The position numbers were made by a program, and so were the translations under genes. DNA of 64,000 nucleotides. It comes from Hypanus sabinus. Lineage: Eukaryota. Below, one piece after another: positions 34,605-47,743 of this stretch; within the stretch, counting starts at the first letter, position 1, and each line of letters begins with the position of its first letter. Below the pieces are notes generated by a model. That model was given only the letters and a program-made list of their open reading frames with translations, was not told the DNA's origin and did no database searches. The DNA lies in contig NC_082706.1 of NCBI RefSeq assembly GCF_030144855.1, forward strand, positions 127,162,001 through 127,226,000. The letters are read 5' to 3'.

Positions 34605-36880
34605 ATATCTTCCATAGCCATCCAGGGGACTGATTTCCAAATGTTCATCAAATACTGAGTGAAGATATCTCAGTCCTAAACAGCCTACTCCTTTTTCACA
34701 AACTCTGCTCTCTGATATCAGCCAAGTGACCAGGTGCTGTGTCTCACCGTGGCCAACGTGAGAAGAACCCTGTGCAGGGTCAACCCACGGAAGGCTGCTG
34801 GACTAGACAACATCCCTGGTAGAGTGCTCAGAGGATGTGCAGACCAGCTAGCAGATGTTCTCACTGACACCTTCAACATCTCCCTTAGCAGTGCCAACGT
34901 TCCAACGTGCTTCAAGGCCGCCACCATCGTCCCCATGCTGAAGAAGTCTTCAGTGCCCTGCCTAAATGACTACCATCCTGTTGCACTTACATCCATCATT
35001 ATGAAGTGTTTAGAGAGGCTTGTCATGAGGCATATGCTGCCCCCCTCACTGGACCCCCTGCAGTTTGCGTACCATCCCAACCGCTCAACAGATGACGCCA
35101 TTGCCACCACCCTCCACCTGGCCCTAACCCACCTGGACAAAAAAGACACATACGTTCGGATGATATTCATGGACTTCAGTTCAGCATTCAACACAATCAT
35201 CCCTCAGAAACTGACTGGAAAGCTGAGCTGACTGGGCCTGAACACCTCCCTCTGCAACTGGATCCTAGACTTCCTGACTGGGAGACCTCAGTCAGTCCGA
35301 ATCGGGAGCAGCATCTCCAACACCATCACACTGAGCACGGGGGCTCCCCAAGGCTGCGTGCTCAGTCCACTGCTGTTCACTCTGCTGACCCACGACTGTG
35401 CTGCAATACACAGCTCAAACCATATCATCAAGTTCGCCGATGACACAACTGTGGTGGGTCTCATCAGCAAGAACGACGAGTCAGCTTACAGAGAGGAAGT
35501 GCAGCAGCTAACAGACTGGTGCAGAGCCAACAACCTGTCTCTGAATGTGAACAAAACGAAAGAGATGGTTGTTGACTTCAGGAGGGCACAGAGCGACTAC
35601 TCCCTGCTGAATATTGACGGCTCCTTGGTAGAGATCGTAAAGAGCACCAAATTTCTTGGTGTTCACCTGGTGGAGAATCTCACCTGGTCCCTCAACACCA
35701 GCTCCATAGCAAAGAAAGCCTAGCAGCCTCTCTACTTTCTGCGAAGGCTAAGGAAAGTCCATTTTCCACCCCCCATCCTCATCACATTCTACAGGGGTTG
35801 TATTGAGAGCATCCTGAGCAGCTATATCACTGCCTGGTTCAGAAATTGCACCGTCTCGGATCGCAAGACCCTGCAGCGGATAGTGAGGTCAGCTGAGAAG
35901 ATCATCGGGGTCTCTCTTACCACCATCACAGACATTTACACTACACGCTGCATCTGCAAAGGAAACAGCATTATGAAGGACCCCATGCACCCCTCATACA
36001 AACTCTTCTCCTTCCTGCTGTCTGGGAAAAGGCTCTGAAGCATTCGGGTTCTCACAGCTAGAGTATATAACAGTTTCTTCTGCCAAGCTATCAGACTCCT
36101 CAATACCCGAAGCCTGGACTGACACATTGCCCTACTGTCCTGTTTATTATTTATTGTAATGCTGGTACTGTTTTTGTGCACTTTATGTTGTCCTGTGTAA
36201 GTTTGTAGGCTAGTGTAGCTTTCTCTGTGTTTTTTTTTTTACGTAGTTCAGTCTAGTTTTTGTACTGTATCATGTAACACCATGGTCCTGAAAAACATTG
36301 TCTCATTTTTACTATGTACTGTACCAGCAGTTATGGTTGAAATGACAATAAAAAGTGATTTGACTTGACTTGAAGTGTCTAACTTTCTTCCACTGGCCAG
36401 TTCACACCCTTTCATAGTGTCGTAAGTTTTGTGAACAGCCCCTCTCATTCTTCTAATCTCTAGATGTTAAAGTTCCATTCTACTTATTCTGTCTTTATAT
36501 GATAATCCCTCCACCAATGCAACTTACCCAATGAATCATTGCCATACTCCCTATGTGGCAAGCACCTAACCTTTAGATAAGGAGACCAAAAGTATATACA
36601 TACTGTACTCAGCTGAGGTCTCAAGTTTCAGTCAAATCCCAGTAAGACTCCCTCTCTCTTGTAATGAAATACTTTCATAATAAAAGTGAACATATCATTT
36701 GATCTTGATTGCTGTGTGAAAGCCAACATGCAGGTACACCAACACTACCTAATCTATCAAGATTTAACATATACTCTGCTTCTGTCTTTGGTACACTAAG
36801 CAGATGACCTTATATTTTTCTGCATTGTATTCCATTTGCTATGTTCTTGTCTACTGACTCCATTTGTCCATAATATCCCT
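34605..36880 (-). mobile_element. Old CR1 fragment hosting the Rex1 insertion (parts ~34605-34721 and ~36374-36880)
   Basis: Reverse-complement CR1 ORF2 3' remnants on both flanks (CCCCTCTCATTCTTCTAA, TAAGGAGACCAAAAG, GTATTCCATTTGC). Confidence 0.55.
34722..36373 (+). mobile_element. Relatively young 5'-truncated Rex1/Babar LINE
   Basis: One frame 34734-36122 with only three premature stops (35229, 35721, 36036). Motifs [45 protein letters not shown] and KFADDT. Tail AATAAAAAGTGATTTGACTTGACTTGA. Confidence 0.95.
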
Positions 36881-39537
36881 TTGTGCAGTTTTAACTTTCT
36901 ATTAAAACCAGACAAACTGAGCAGCAGCGGGATTGCAACTAATTTAACCTGTTTGTTATACTCCTTTTTATCAATGTGCTGCTATTCCCATGCTGTATAG
37001 TAATGCCTCTACCAGAGAGTGCACAAGTCTAGTTGTTCTTGCAATTGGCCTCATTTGTTCCTCCTTCAGAATGCAATAAGTGATTGATACCTGGTGAGGG
37101 AAGATACCAGAGGAGAGCCAAGCCCTTTCATACAATATTCCGATGCAAGGAAGTTATTGGAAGCAAGGAGAGCAAATTAGAGAAACATAGGTGATATGTC
37201 AAAGGAAAGAAACGACCTTTGTGGTATCACACTTTGTCAAATGATGTTGACGTAAAAAACAATTAAATTAACTTTGCTTAAATAACTATTCTGTCACAGT
37301 GAGTAATGAATTAATTAAATCATTCCAGAAAGGGTCCTGTTGTTTTGAAGTGTTGAAATCACCTTAATTAACAAATTGTTGAAGTACCTCTCCAAAGTAC
37401 AAACATATTAATACTGACAGCTTGTACCAAACACAGTGATTTAATAGGCTTTTATCTTACTTCACAAAACAACGTATTTTACAATACAAATGTTAATGAT
37501 TGTGAACCCCAGTCACTGCACGACCATTATTAGTCACAAATACACACACTAACTAGTTTTGTATAATACATGACCTTCAAGCAGAGTGATAAATGATCTG
37601 CTGTGCTTGACATCAATAAACAACAACATGATCAGCACCGGTTCACTTAGTTAGAGTCTTTCATGCAGTGTGACGCCAAGCGAGAAGGTGAGTGAGAGTC
37701 AGAATCAGAGTTTAGAGAGATGATTGAAGGGCTGGTTGAAGTTGAAAGGAGAAGAAAAGGGACTTGGTCAAAAGAACACATCATTGCACAGAAGTGCAAT
37801 GATTGAAGACTTCACTAATGATCTGTTGAAGCCGGAAATGAGTGAATCAGATACATTACGGCAGGTTATGTGAAGTAGACCTTATAGATTGCAAAGATAG
37901 CATGGCTTATAAAGAGGCAAGGAATGGAGTCAGTCTTGGAAATGGATAAAATGAATAGCTTTTACAACTCAATTTTCTTCCCCTCTGAAGTCTGTTCTAT
38001 TATTGTCACACTACTACCAATTTCAGCATTTCAAAATAATTTTGAAATCAGTGTACTGAGAGTTGGAAGTGCGATGGGGGTATTGGGCATGCTGAACGTA
38101 ATGTTGATGGGACAAAATGGATGTTCCATAAAGTGGAAATTCAGTGCATAAGTGCCTAGTCTGAAGGTGACCAGGCATGGGTGTGTGATAATTAGGAAGG
38201 AAATAAACAGCAACATGGAATCAAATGGGTCTGGACTAATATTTTCCTAATCTGAATTCAATGGCCATAAACTAGCTAATGTATTGATAAGCACAGAACA
38301 AGGAAAAGTAATATAGGCAAAACTGAGTATTTTGGCATACATATGAGGGTTGATCACATGCTTGTGGAGCTCACCACTAGAAAATGGGTTTTAAATGAGA
38401 AAGAAAAAGTAGCCAAGCTTTGGAGAATCCTATAGTTTGCTTTAATGGGTTTGAATGAGAGGCCTCTATTATGGAAATATCTGTAACTATCAAAGGAGCC
38501 ATGATTCATGTGATATGCAGCAGGAAGGATCCTGAATAATAACGTTTCGATGAAACACTGGGTCACGCATTGTACTTTTAGTTCACAAAGGATTAAGAAC
38601 TTTGTAACTTGTGGTGTTTACCAGACTGTTCACTTTATTCAAGACAAAATGGAATTTAGGCGATAGTAGACTAAAGTAGTGGGAATATGGGGACAGGCAT
38701 AAGTAACAATAATCTCTCTGAGTATTGGCAAGAAAAACTGTTCCATACCTTGTGCTAAGGTGATGCAGGTTATTGATAAGGGTGTTGAGAACAGTTAGGC
38801 CAATGGTGTTTGTCTTCAGAGCTCCTGCAGTTCTAGATTAGGCTGATATTCTTCTGAGGAAAATGAGGAATGTGTTTAGTATCTTAGGTGAGACTGATAG
38901 ATAACAAAGATACCAATATAGGAGGCAACAAAAGAGGAAGGGGGTAAAGTTTTTGGAAAAATAGGACAGTAAAGTTCAGAGGAGAAATGCAAGAGCACAA
39001 CATGATACTTTACTATTGCGTTGATGGGTTATGGATCTGATTCAGGGCTTTGACCGTTCTCCTCCAGATCCTGCTGGACTTGCTGAGCTCACCCAGAAGA
39101 TTGTTTATTACTCTGCTTGCATTTCTTCTGGTAGTCAATTACTCATATTTAGTCGTGCACTGTATTTATGTCCCATTAATCTGTCTGGTTTGTAAGGGGG
39201 GGGGGTGTGCGAGAGCAAAGAGTTTTTGGTGGTCAGTATGGACTTGTTGGGCTGAAGGCCTGTTTCCCTGTGTATAATTCTATGAATTCACAAGAGATAT
39301 ATTGTCAGATTCTATCTAGATGGGAAATGCTTTGAAAATTGTCCTCAGCTGAAGTTTAGAGAGGAGTGATTGTTAAATAACTGAAAATAACTGGTATTTG
39401 AGAAACTGCAAAAAATCTCCTAAGAGGAAATTTGTTTCATTTTTGCGAAGGACAAATTTGAAACAGGTTAAAGAATTAGCATTAAAACTGTGCTCAGAAA
39501 CTGGACTACAGGTAAGCAATTAGACAAATATATATTA

Positions 39538-39752
39538 TCAGAATCAGGTTTATTATCACCTGCATGTGTCATGAAATTTGTTAACTTAGCAGTTCAATGC
39601 AATACATAATATAGAAAAAAATCAATTACAGTACACATATCTTGAATAGATTAAAATAGTGCAAAAAACCAGAAATAATATATATTAAGAAAGTCAGGTA
39701 ATGTCCAAAGGTTCAATGTCCATTTAGGAACTGGATGGCAGAAGGGAAGAAA
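39538..39752 (-). mobile_element. Rex1 3' UTR
   Basis: ATCAGAATCAGGTTTATTATCACC...GTTCAATGTCCATTTAGGAA; same subfamily as 8072-8348. Confidence 0.8.
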
Positions 39753-40759
39753 TGCATATTGGTCAACACTTGATAATACAATAACACCATAGTATCTAGA
39801 GAAAAAATCCTCATCAGAATCTTCTTTCGTTTACCAAAACCAGAAAGTACATTAGTAAGTCATCAAAGACTTGTTAGTCACTTAAAAGATTGTGTGACAA
39901 TATCTTTCTTTCTCAGGAAACCCAGTTTAAATGCAGTCAGGACTAATGAACTCTAGTCTCCTTACAATATCTGCTGAAAAGATGCCAAATTAAATATATT
40001 GAGATAGTTCTTTATGGAAGCATGTTTGGATCACTGGACTGGCTATGGGGAAAGAGCAGGGGTGTGGGTCTAATTAGACAGTTCTTTCAAAGAGTCAGCA
40101 CAGGAACAGTGGTTTTAAATATCTCTTTCCTGTGCTATAGTCTAATTATGAACGAAACTAACTCATCTCTGAAATTAGACAAAAATCATTGGTTTAGGAA
40201 GTTAGTGTTACTAGTTATTCTTTTAAGTGACTAACATTGTATATGCAGGGGTAAATGAAGAGCCAGTGAATGACAATATACAATAAAGAACCAAAAGCTG
40301 GAAGATTTCACTGATTGGACTTTGTCGGTTTACTTTCCGGTTTTGGTGAGCTAAAGAAGATTTTGATGAGGAATTTTATTATATTGTGAAGTGATGATCA
40401 ATATGCATTTCTAATATATATTTGTCTAATACAAAGGTAGATGAGAGCAGGGGAAAGAAGCTTTATCTTGCAATATCTCAGAATGGGGCGAAGAAGCTCT
40501 CTGAAGCACTCTGAGCGAGAGAACCAGAGCCAACTTGTGATGTGTGACTCTTCCTCCCATCACTGTACATTTCCATGGAAATGTATCAAAAATGAACTTA
40601 AGTTTACCCAGAATCTATAGCACAGTTAATCTATAAATTCACGTGGTTACTAGTATACTCTGGTTGATAGTCTTGAACTCCAAACTATGGATTCTTGTCA
40701 CAATAGTATTAGAGAACAGTAATCATTTATTTTAATAACAATTGTTTAATGATATATAT

Positions 40760-41470
40760 TGGTATTGGCATTGGTGTATTATTGCTTCGTGTACAAAGAT
40801 ACATGGAAAAGCTTGTTCACATACAGTTCATACAGATGAATTCATTATACAGTGCATTGAGCTGGAATAAGGTGAACCAACCACAATGCAGAATGAAGTG
40901 TAAGAACTCACACAAAAGTGCAGTGAGGCTAACGATAAAGTGCAAAATCACAACTAAATAGATTGAGGCCATGAATCTATCTTATTGTACAAGAGGTCCA
41001 TTCAGGACTCTGATAATAGTGGGATAGAAGATGTCCTTGAGCCCTGTGGTATGTTCATTCAAGCTTTTGTATCTTCTGCCTGATGGGAGAGGGAAGAGGA
41101 AAGATTGTCTGTGGTTGGTGGGATCTTTGATTATGCTGACTGCTTTACTAAGGCAACGAGAAATCTAGACAGCATCCATGGAAAAGAGGTTGGATTTTGT
41201 GATGTACTGAGCTGTGTTCACAACTCTCTGCAGTTTCTTGCAGTCGCATTCAGTAGAGTTGCTCTGTGAAGCCTGTGAAGCCGTTATCCATCCAGATAGA
41301 ACGCTTTCATTGATAAAAATTGGTAAGAGAGAAAGGAGGCATGTAAAGTTTCATTAGCTTCCTGAGGAAGTAGAGGCATTGGTGAGTTTTCTTAGTTGTG
41401 ATAGCAACGTGGTCAGTCCAGAACAGGTTGTTGGTGATTCCACACCTTGGAGCTTGAAGCTCTCAATCCT
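40760..41470 (-). mobile_element. Rex1 3' portion
   Basis: TAATAGTGGGATAGAAGATGTCCTTGAGCC...CTTTTGTATCTTCTGCC...CCTGAGGAAGTAGAGGC is the reverse complement of the Rex1 C-terminus. Confidence 0.75.
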
Positions 41471-41728
41471 CTGTCTATTTGTATGAAAATGACAAGAAGG
41501 CTGGCTGACACAATTAAGATTTCTTATGTACTACAGGCTATGCTCTCTAACTTGGCTTTATGAAAAAATACTGTACCATTTTATGTAAAGCTTACTGTGA
41601 ATGCATGAATAATTAGTGTTGATAATGATTTATTATTGTCGCAAGTACAAAGATATAGTGAAAAGCTTGTCTTGCATACTTTTCAAACAGATCAGATCAT
41701 TATACAGTGTATTTTGGTAAAACAGTAA

Positions 41729-41985
41729 TGAAGATGCTGGGGAGTAGGTACAGAGGAGATGTTGGGGGTAAGTTTTTTACTCAGAGAGTGGTGAGTGCGT
41801 GGAATGGGCTGTTGGTAACGGTGGTGGAGGCAGATACTATAGGGTCTTTTAAGAGACTTTTGAATAGGTACGTGGAGCTTAGAAAAATAGAGGGCTATGG
41901 GTAAGTCTAGTAATTTCTATGGTAGGGACATGTTTGGCATAACTTTGAGGGCGGAAGGCCTGTATTGTTCTGTAGGCTTTCTGTG
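41729..41985 (+). mobile_element. CR1 3' end
   Basis: GSRYRGDVGGKFFTQRVVSAWNGL...FKRLLNRYVELRKIEGYG*, then tail GAAGGCCTGTATTGTTCTGTAGG. Confidence 0.9.
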
Positions 41986-44900
41986 AAGCAGTATAAATAG
42001 TAACAGCTACTGAGAGAGTAATGTGTGGGTAAACAACAAAGTGTAAGATCATCACAAGTTTGCAGCCAACCCCTTACATTGATTTCAAGTTCATAATTCA
42101 TCACAACACAGGAGGCTGCCCAGCTTATCAAATCTGTGTCAGGTCCCAGTGCCAGTTCATCATTTTCAATTCTCCACTTACTGCCCAGTTACCTATTCTC
42201 TCTCAGATGTTGGAATGTGGAAGGAGAAACAAACTGCTGGAGGAAATCTGCAGGTAGGGCAGGAGTTGTAGTGGGAAATGTACACTTGATGTTCAGGTCA
42301 AGGCACTTCATCTGAATCAGAATAATAATTGGGTTATTTATCACTGATGTATGCATGCTGTGAAATAGACTGGTGCTAATTCAGTTGAAGGGTTTCAAAC
42401 CTAAATGCTAATTGCCCATTTCACACTACTTGTGCTGCTTGACCTTGTGAGTTCCTTTACCAGTTTGTTTTTTGGCATCTACTTTTCCTCACATGTACAT
42501 GAAACTATTGCCCATCTTCACCAATATTTCAGTTGGGAAGCCGCAGTACTTGAGGCAAACTCACATGATCAAAGAAAAGTGTGCAGAGAGCACCAAAGGT
42601 GAATATTGAACCTAGCTTACTGGAACAGGAAGTAGCAGTTCCACCTGTGGCATCACTGTGCCACCCACAAGTCCCTGGGAGCATCATGAGCCGAATGCTG
42701 CCAACTTAAATACTTGTACTTTAACCCTGCTCAATGTTACCTGTTATCCAATTAGTTTCCTAGCCAGGTCACTTGCAAGGATTTCACTTTTAACCTCAAG
42801 GTTATTCGCTTTAACCTAGAGGTTATTGAAAGCCTTTATCAAAATCTATGCAATTAGCATCCACATACTTGTCTCCTTGTCTGCCACGGTATTCACCTCT
42901 TAAATATATTCAGCTCAGGTCTCAGTATTCAAGAATGTGATAGAAACATGTATTTATTTTACCTGTATCTTGATCTATCACTGTCAATGTTCGTCGACAA
43001 CCATAATCCAAAAACCTTTTGAGACAGCAATAAAAATACTTTCCTGAAGAGATATAATCGAACAACTTTTCCCGACAGCTATCTGTGAACTGCACGCCAG
43101 ACATCACTTGAATTATGTGTCATTCTGTCTTCTTTCTCATCATAATCAGTCTTATCAACTCTTGCGTTTCTCTGTGCTGTCTGAAGCACCCTCTCATCTG
43201 TCACCCTTCCATTTAATTTTCACTATGTCAGCAGCACTCTTGAGCTTTTCTTTCTTGGCCCTCAATAATTAAAATTAGTCACCCATTCCCTCCTCCCCAC
43301 CTCTCCCACCCAACAGCTCCCCACCCACAGCAGTGAAAACTCTGATGGTTTGGAAACCGTAGTGTTATGATCTGGTAAGAATTTAAGCGATGCAAGAGTA
43401 AGTGTACTCTGATTGGAAGTTTTAATTCCACACTGCAGCATCTCTTCTCAATAGCACTGGGAGATCTTTCTTTTAATTTCACGCATCTCTAGTCCCCCTC
43501 CTCCTCCTTTTGTGGTCCACCAACATCTCCAATTTGATTCCTTATCCACTTCCTTTTCCACTTCCACTTATCTCCTCCAAGCTTCTTAAGGCACCCCTGC
43601 TCCCCCACCCACCCACCTTCCCCCTCGCATGATCTCAACCAGCCAACTTGTACTGCTCCCCCCCCACCACCTTTTTACGTTGGTTTCTGTCCTTATCCTT
43701 CCCAGTTTTGATGAAAAGTTTTAGACATTTTGTGTACGTCTCTCAGCATCTGCAGAATCTCTAGTATCTTATAATTTTATTTGCTTATTACCTCACCATT
43801 CAGGAAGATCACAGCTGATTTTTGTGCCTCAGCACCACCTCCCTACCCCAATCTCAATATCTAAAACAACTTTCAATACCTTTCTTGAATATATTGAGTG
43901 AGAGTGCATCCATAGTTCTCTTGAGTGGCAAAATGGCAGCAGGTCTTGCTGCTGTCTCACAGTTACAGGGACCCAGATGTGATCAGACCCCTCGCTTGGT
44001 GTCCGCATGCTTTCCTTATGACCATGTGGGCTTTTGCCAAATGCTCTGTTTTCCACCCACAATCAAAAGGACCATTTTGACAAACTCCACCTTAGTGAAA
44101 GCAAGTGTAAAAAAAGATTCAAGGTGGGGTTGATGGCGTAGTTTGAAGAGGATGAATTGCAGGTGTGCAGAGAAGTAAAGAGAGCAGGAATGAGACTGAT
44201 GGACTTTTTCTGCTGGGATCAGCATGAATGACACATCACTTCAATTATCTGTCACTCAGTCTTCTTTCTGATCACCAGCGGTCTCGTTGCTTCCTTTTAT
44301 CTTTCATCCTGGTTGAAGCTCCCTCTCATCTGTCACGTTCCACAATGGCCTTCTTCCATGTCATAATAAATAAGTAAGAAGTACAACTTTTCAACAGCCT
44401 TTGAGAGAAGTTTTTTCTAACTTGTATTCTGAATAGTTATCTCTTTATTGTGAGACTGTGATCCCTTGTTCAAGATATCTCAGTCAGGCAAGACTTAGTC
44501 CTTGCATCTAGCTCATTGAGCCCTGTGTTCAGTGAGAATGGCCACTCCTCATTCAATGGGGATCTCTAGTGATTGAGCTATCAGGGTTCATTGGGTGAGA
44601 ATATGGCAGGTTAGACCTGTGCACCTGGTCATTTCTAGTCCCAGAAAGACGTTTAAAAATATTAAAAGTAATTTATATTTTGAGTCGCTCTCTGCTGCAC
44701 CACAGTTTTGAATTAACAGAATAAAATATGTAAATAGCCAATCATTGTGAATTATAGCATTAACTTTGCAGTAAATGGGAGACTTCTTTACGTTGTCACC
44801 CGTGCCAGTGTACTGTTGTTTCTTTGTTTTGTTAAATCATCACACAGAATAGTGGGTGGCTCATATGCCCAAAGTTCTATTTTCTGGGACTTGGCAGTAT

Positions 44901-46199
44901 AATTTATCCCTACTTTGAACGAAATATGTATCTTCAATGCACTATCACCTCTCAAGATCCTTATTAAATATTTGTGGGAAAAGCTATGTAAGAACATGCA
45001 GTAAGCAAGAAATAATTTATGTCGCTCAACAGTTGATCCAAAAACATATAACCTTGTAAGATGTTTGTCTTGAGAGAGAATATTATGCTATGGGTTATGT
45101 ATGAAAAGATCATCTTTAAATAATGGCGACTTTTGGTAGCTTACCTGAGGTAATATTTTTTATCAAACACAGGCAGCTGGCATTCTGAGAAATCAGTGGC
45201 AACTTGAAATGCTCAAGTCAACAGATACATTTTACTTCTGTTTTGTACAACATTAAATTGTTCAATGATTTTTCACTAGGCTGCCTGAATAAGGAAATGT
45301 AAATTGTATGACATCATGCACATGTCACAGGGGACATTTTGCAAGTTGTTTGAGGCAGTCTACTCCTTATCATAAATGCAAAATGTCAAATTGCAACAGA
45401 TCGTGGTAAACATGGAGTGTTGATTGACAGGGTATTCACTCGGAATTGTGAATAAGTTATTGAGATTTTGCATCAAAATTCAAAATTTAATGTGCACATC
45501 TATCACAACTTAAAGAGAGCAGGAAGAGTAAGGGTGCCTGGCATTTTGCCTGTATTGGGGAAATTGACCCAAAATTCCCCTTAAACGCATAACAAGTCAA
45601 GGGATGTGAAGCAAAAGCAGAAAAGTGTTGCTAAGGTCAGGACTTGATCAGCCTTGTTGAACAGGCTCGAAAGATTGACTGGCTCCAGCTCGTTTCTCAT
45701 TAAAACCCAATGCCGTGTTTTCTTGTGGACTTTGAAGAGCTTGTTTTTAAAGGAAAGAAATGGAAGCAATTTGCATTGTCGGACACGAAGGTGGAAATAT
45801 TAACAGTGCTGAGAATGCCCTTGGGTCCAAGCCTGTGAATTCACCTATTGTGCTGCACAGTTTGTAAAGCCACAAATAAATTTCTCCTTTATGTCAGCAA
45901 AACGTTAATGTAGTCAAGCAATGCAGGACCACTCAGTGGGGGTAATCTTCCACCACTTGACCTTTACGGAGCTATATTGTAAAGTCTCATTAGTATTACC
46001 AAGTGTAAAATAACTCTACTTCTCCTGAATTCTACAATTATGAGCTTCAAATGACCCATTTCTGCGCTGTGAGTGATTCTTTGACACGCAGCAGTGACTG
46101 ATTCATATTACGAAATTGTAAACATTTTGAGAAACAGAACAAAAATATTCTTCAGCTTGCAGGTTGCTCAGACAACATCTTGCTCTCTCCAAAACACAT

Positions 46200-46810
46200 G
46201 GCCCATTCTGGGCTAGCACTCCAGTACTGAGTGAGTGCAGCTCTGTTGGAGATGAGCTGAGAAGATGCACCTGCTCTCTCAGGTGAATGTACAATGGAGC
46301 TAGCTAGGGTGCCACAGTAGTGTAGCAGTTAATGCAATGTTATTACAATTTGGGGCGTCGGAGTTAGGAGTTCAATCCGGCGCAATCTGTACGGAGTTTG
46401 TACATTCTCCTTGTGACTGTGTGGGTTTCCTCCCACAGTCCAAAGATGTACCAGATAGTAGGTGAATTAGTTATTGTGAAATGTCCTGTGATTAGGCTAG
46501 TGTTAAACAGGTGGACTGCTGGGTGGCATGGCTCATTGGGCCAGAAGGGCCTGTTCCATGCTATTATCTCTAAAATGAAAACAAATCCGGGGATCAGATG
46601 TTGTTGAAACCATGGCCAGAATTTATTCCTCAGCAAACATCATTTAAAAAGTAAAGAATCTGGTCAGCAATCAAGTTTGGATGTAACTGTGCAAAATTGA
46701 TTGCCTTGTTTCCTACATTACAGCATTGACAACACATTAACATTACCTCATTAGCTGTAAAGTCTTTTCAGGGATGTGAAAGATTTTATATATATGTAAG
46801 TTTTTATTTG
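46200..46810 (+). mobile_element. Deu-domain SINE (SacSINE1/AmnSINE1-like), interrupted by an HE1-like SINE
   Basis: 5' part CAGTACTGAGTGAGTGCAGC...CTCTCAGGTG. 3' part ATTTATTCCTCAGCAAACATCA...TTTCCTACATTACAGC...CATTAGCTGTAAAG...TATATATGTAAGT. Confidence 0.6.
46306..46582 (+). mobile_element. HE1-like V-SINE with CR1 tail
   Basis: B box GAGTTCAATCC, V-domain GAGTTTGTACATTCTCCTTGTGACTGTGTGGGTTTCCTCCCACAGTCCAAAG, tail GGGCCAGAAGGGCCTGTTCCATGCT. Confidence 0.8.
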
Positions 46811-47743
46811 TTTTCTTTTGCTCACTAAGCTAAGTTATTGCTTCTTGAAGTGACTTGTGTTTCTTGCCTGAAACACGTCTGAAATTTGTTTGCCGGACTG
46901 AATCCTTGGATAGCTAGTTTATCTCATGAGAAGAGATTAAACTGACTGGACTAATACTGGTGATAATTTAGAGAAACGGAAAGTGATGGAATCTTGATAC
47001 TAGGGGAATCAAGATGTGTGGTTTATTGCTGAAAAGTGGCACTGAAATAGGTCAACTGTAATCTTATTGACTATCACAGCAGGAACACGGGCTGAGTAGC
47101 CTATTCCAGTTTCTATTTCTTTTCTTAATAAGGATATTGGCAAATCTCAGCAGGCAGTACCGTCTATCCTTTATTTTGCTCCCTTTTGTGTAGAATTCCG
47201 AACAGATTGAAACCAGCTTCATTCACCTGTGCAGTGCTACAGCGTATCAGGGCAGGTTGACCATAGAGCAGCAACACTGGCATTGCCTGTGCTTGTCAGA
47301 TGTGCTCCTGAGGGTTTCAACACAATATCTCCTTGCTGTGTCTGTTCCTCTTCAATGGAACGAGTTCTTAAGCCCATCTCAAAACTTTCAAAGCAAATAC
47401 ACATAGAAAGGCAATGAAAATACGAAGCACATTATTTTTAAAATATCATGGGAATTTTTTCCATAATTCCATACAATCTAGATAGAGACCACTCTGGCCC
47501 CTTAACTCTATGCTGGTTCCATTTTCTCACTAAATACTTTTCCATGTAACCGATTCTCTCCATATTCCCATCAATCCTGACCTTCCCCCTACATAGTGTA
47601 GGTAATTTACAGTGGTCAATTAATCCACCAGCTGGTACATCTTTGGGATGTGGGAGAAAACTGAATCATCCAAAGGAAACCTATACAGTCAGAAATTAAC
47701 CTGGAATACTGAGCAACACCAACTGGTGAGCTAATTCCAAGCA

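Noticed and set aside
31516-37294. Shared 14-mer AATAACTATTCTGT in two candidate CNEs (31516 and 37281)
   Set aside because: Exact 14-mer matches are expected by chance in 64 kb of AT-rich DNA.
47225-47390. Possible minus-strand exon ending in CAG|GTGAAT
   Set aside because: The only open frame stops before the donor and matches nothing I recognise.
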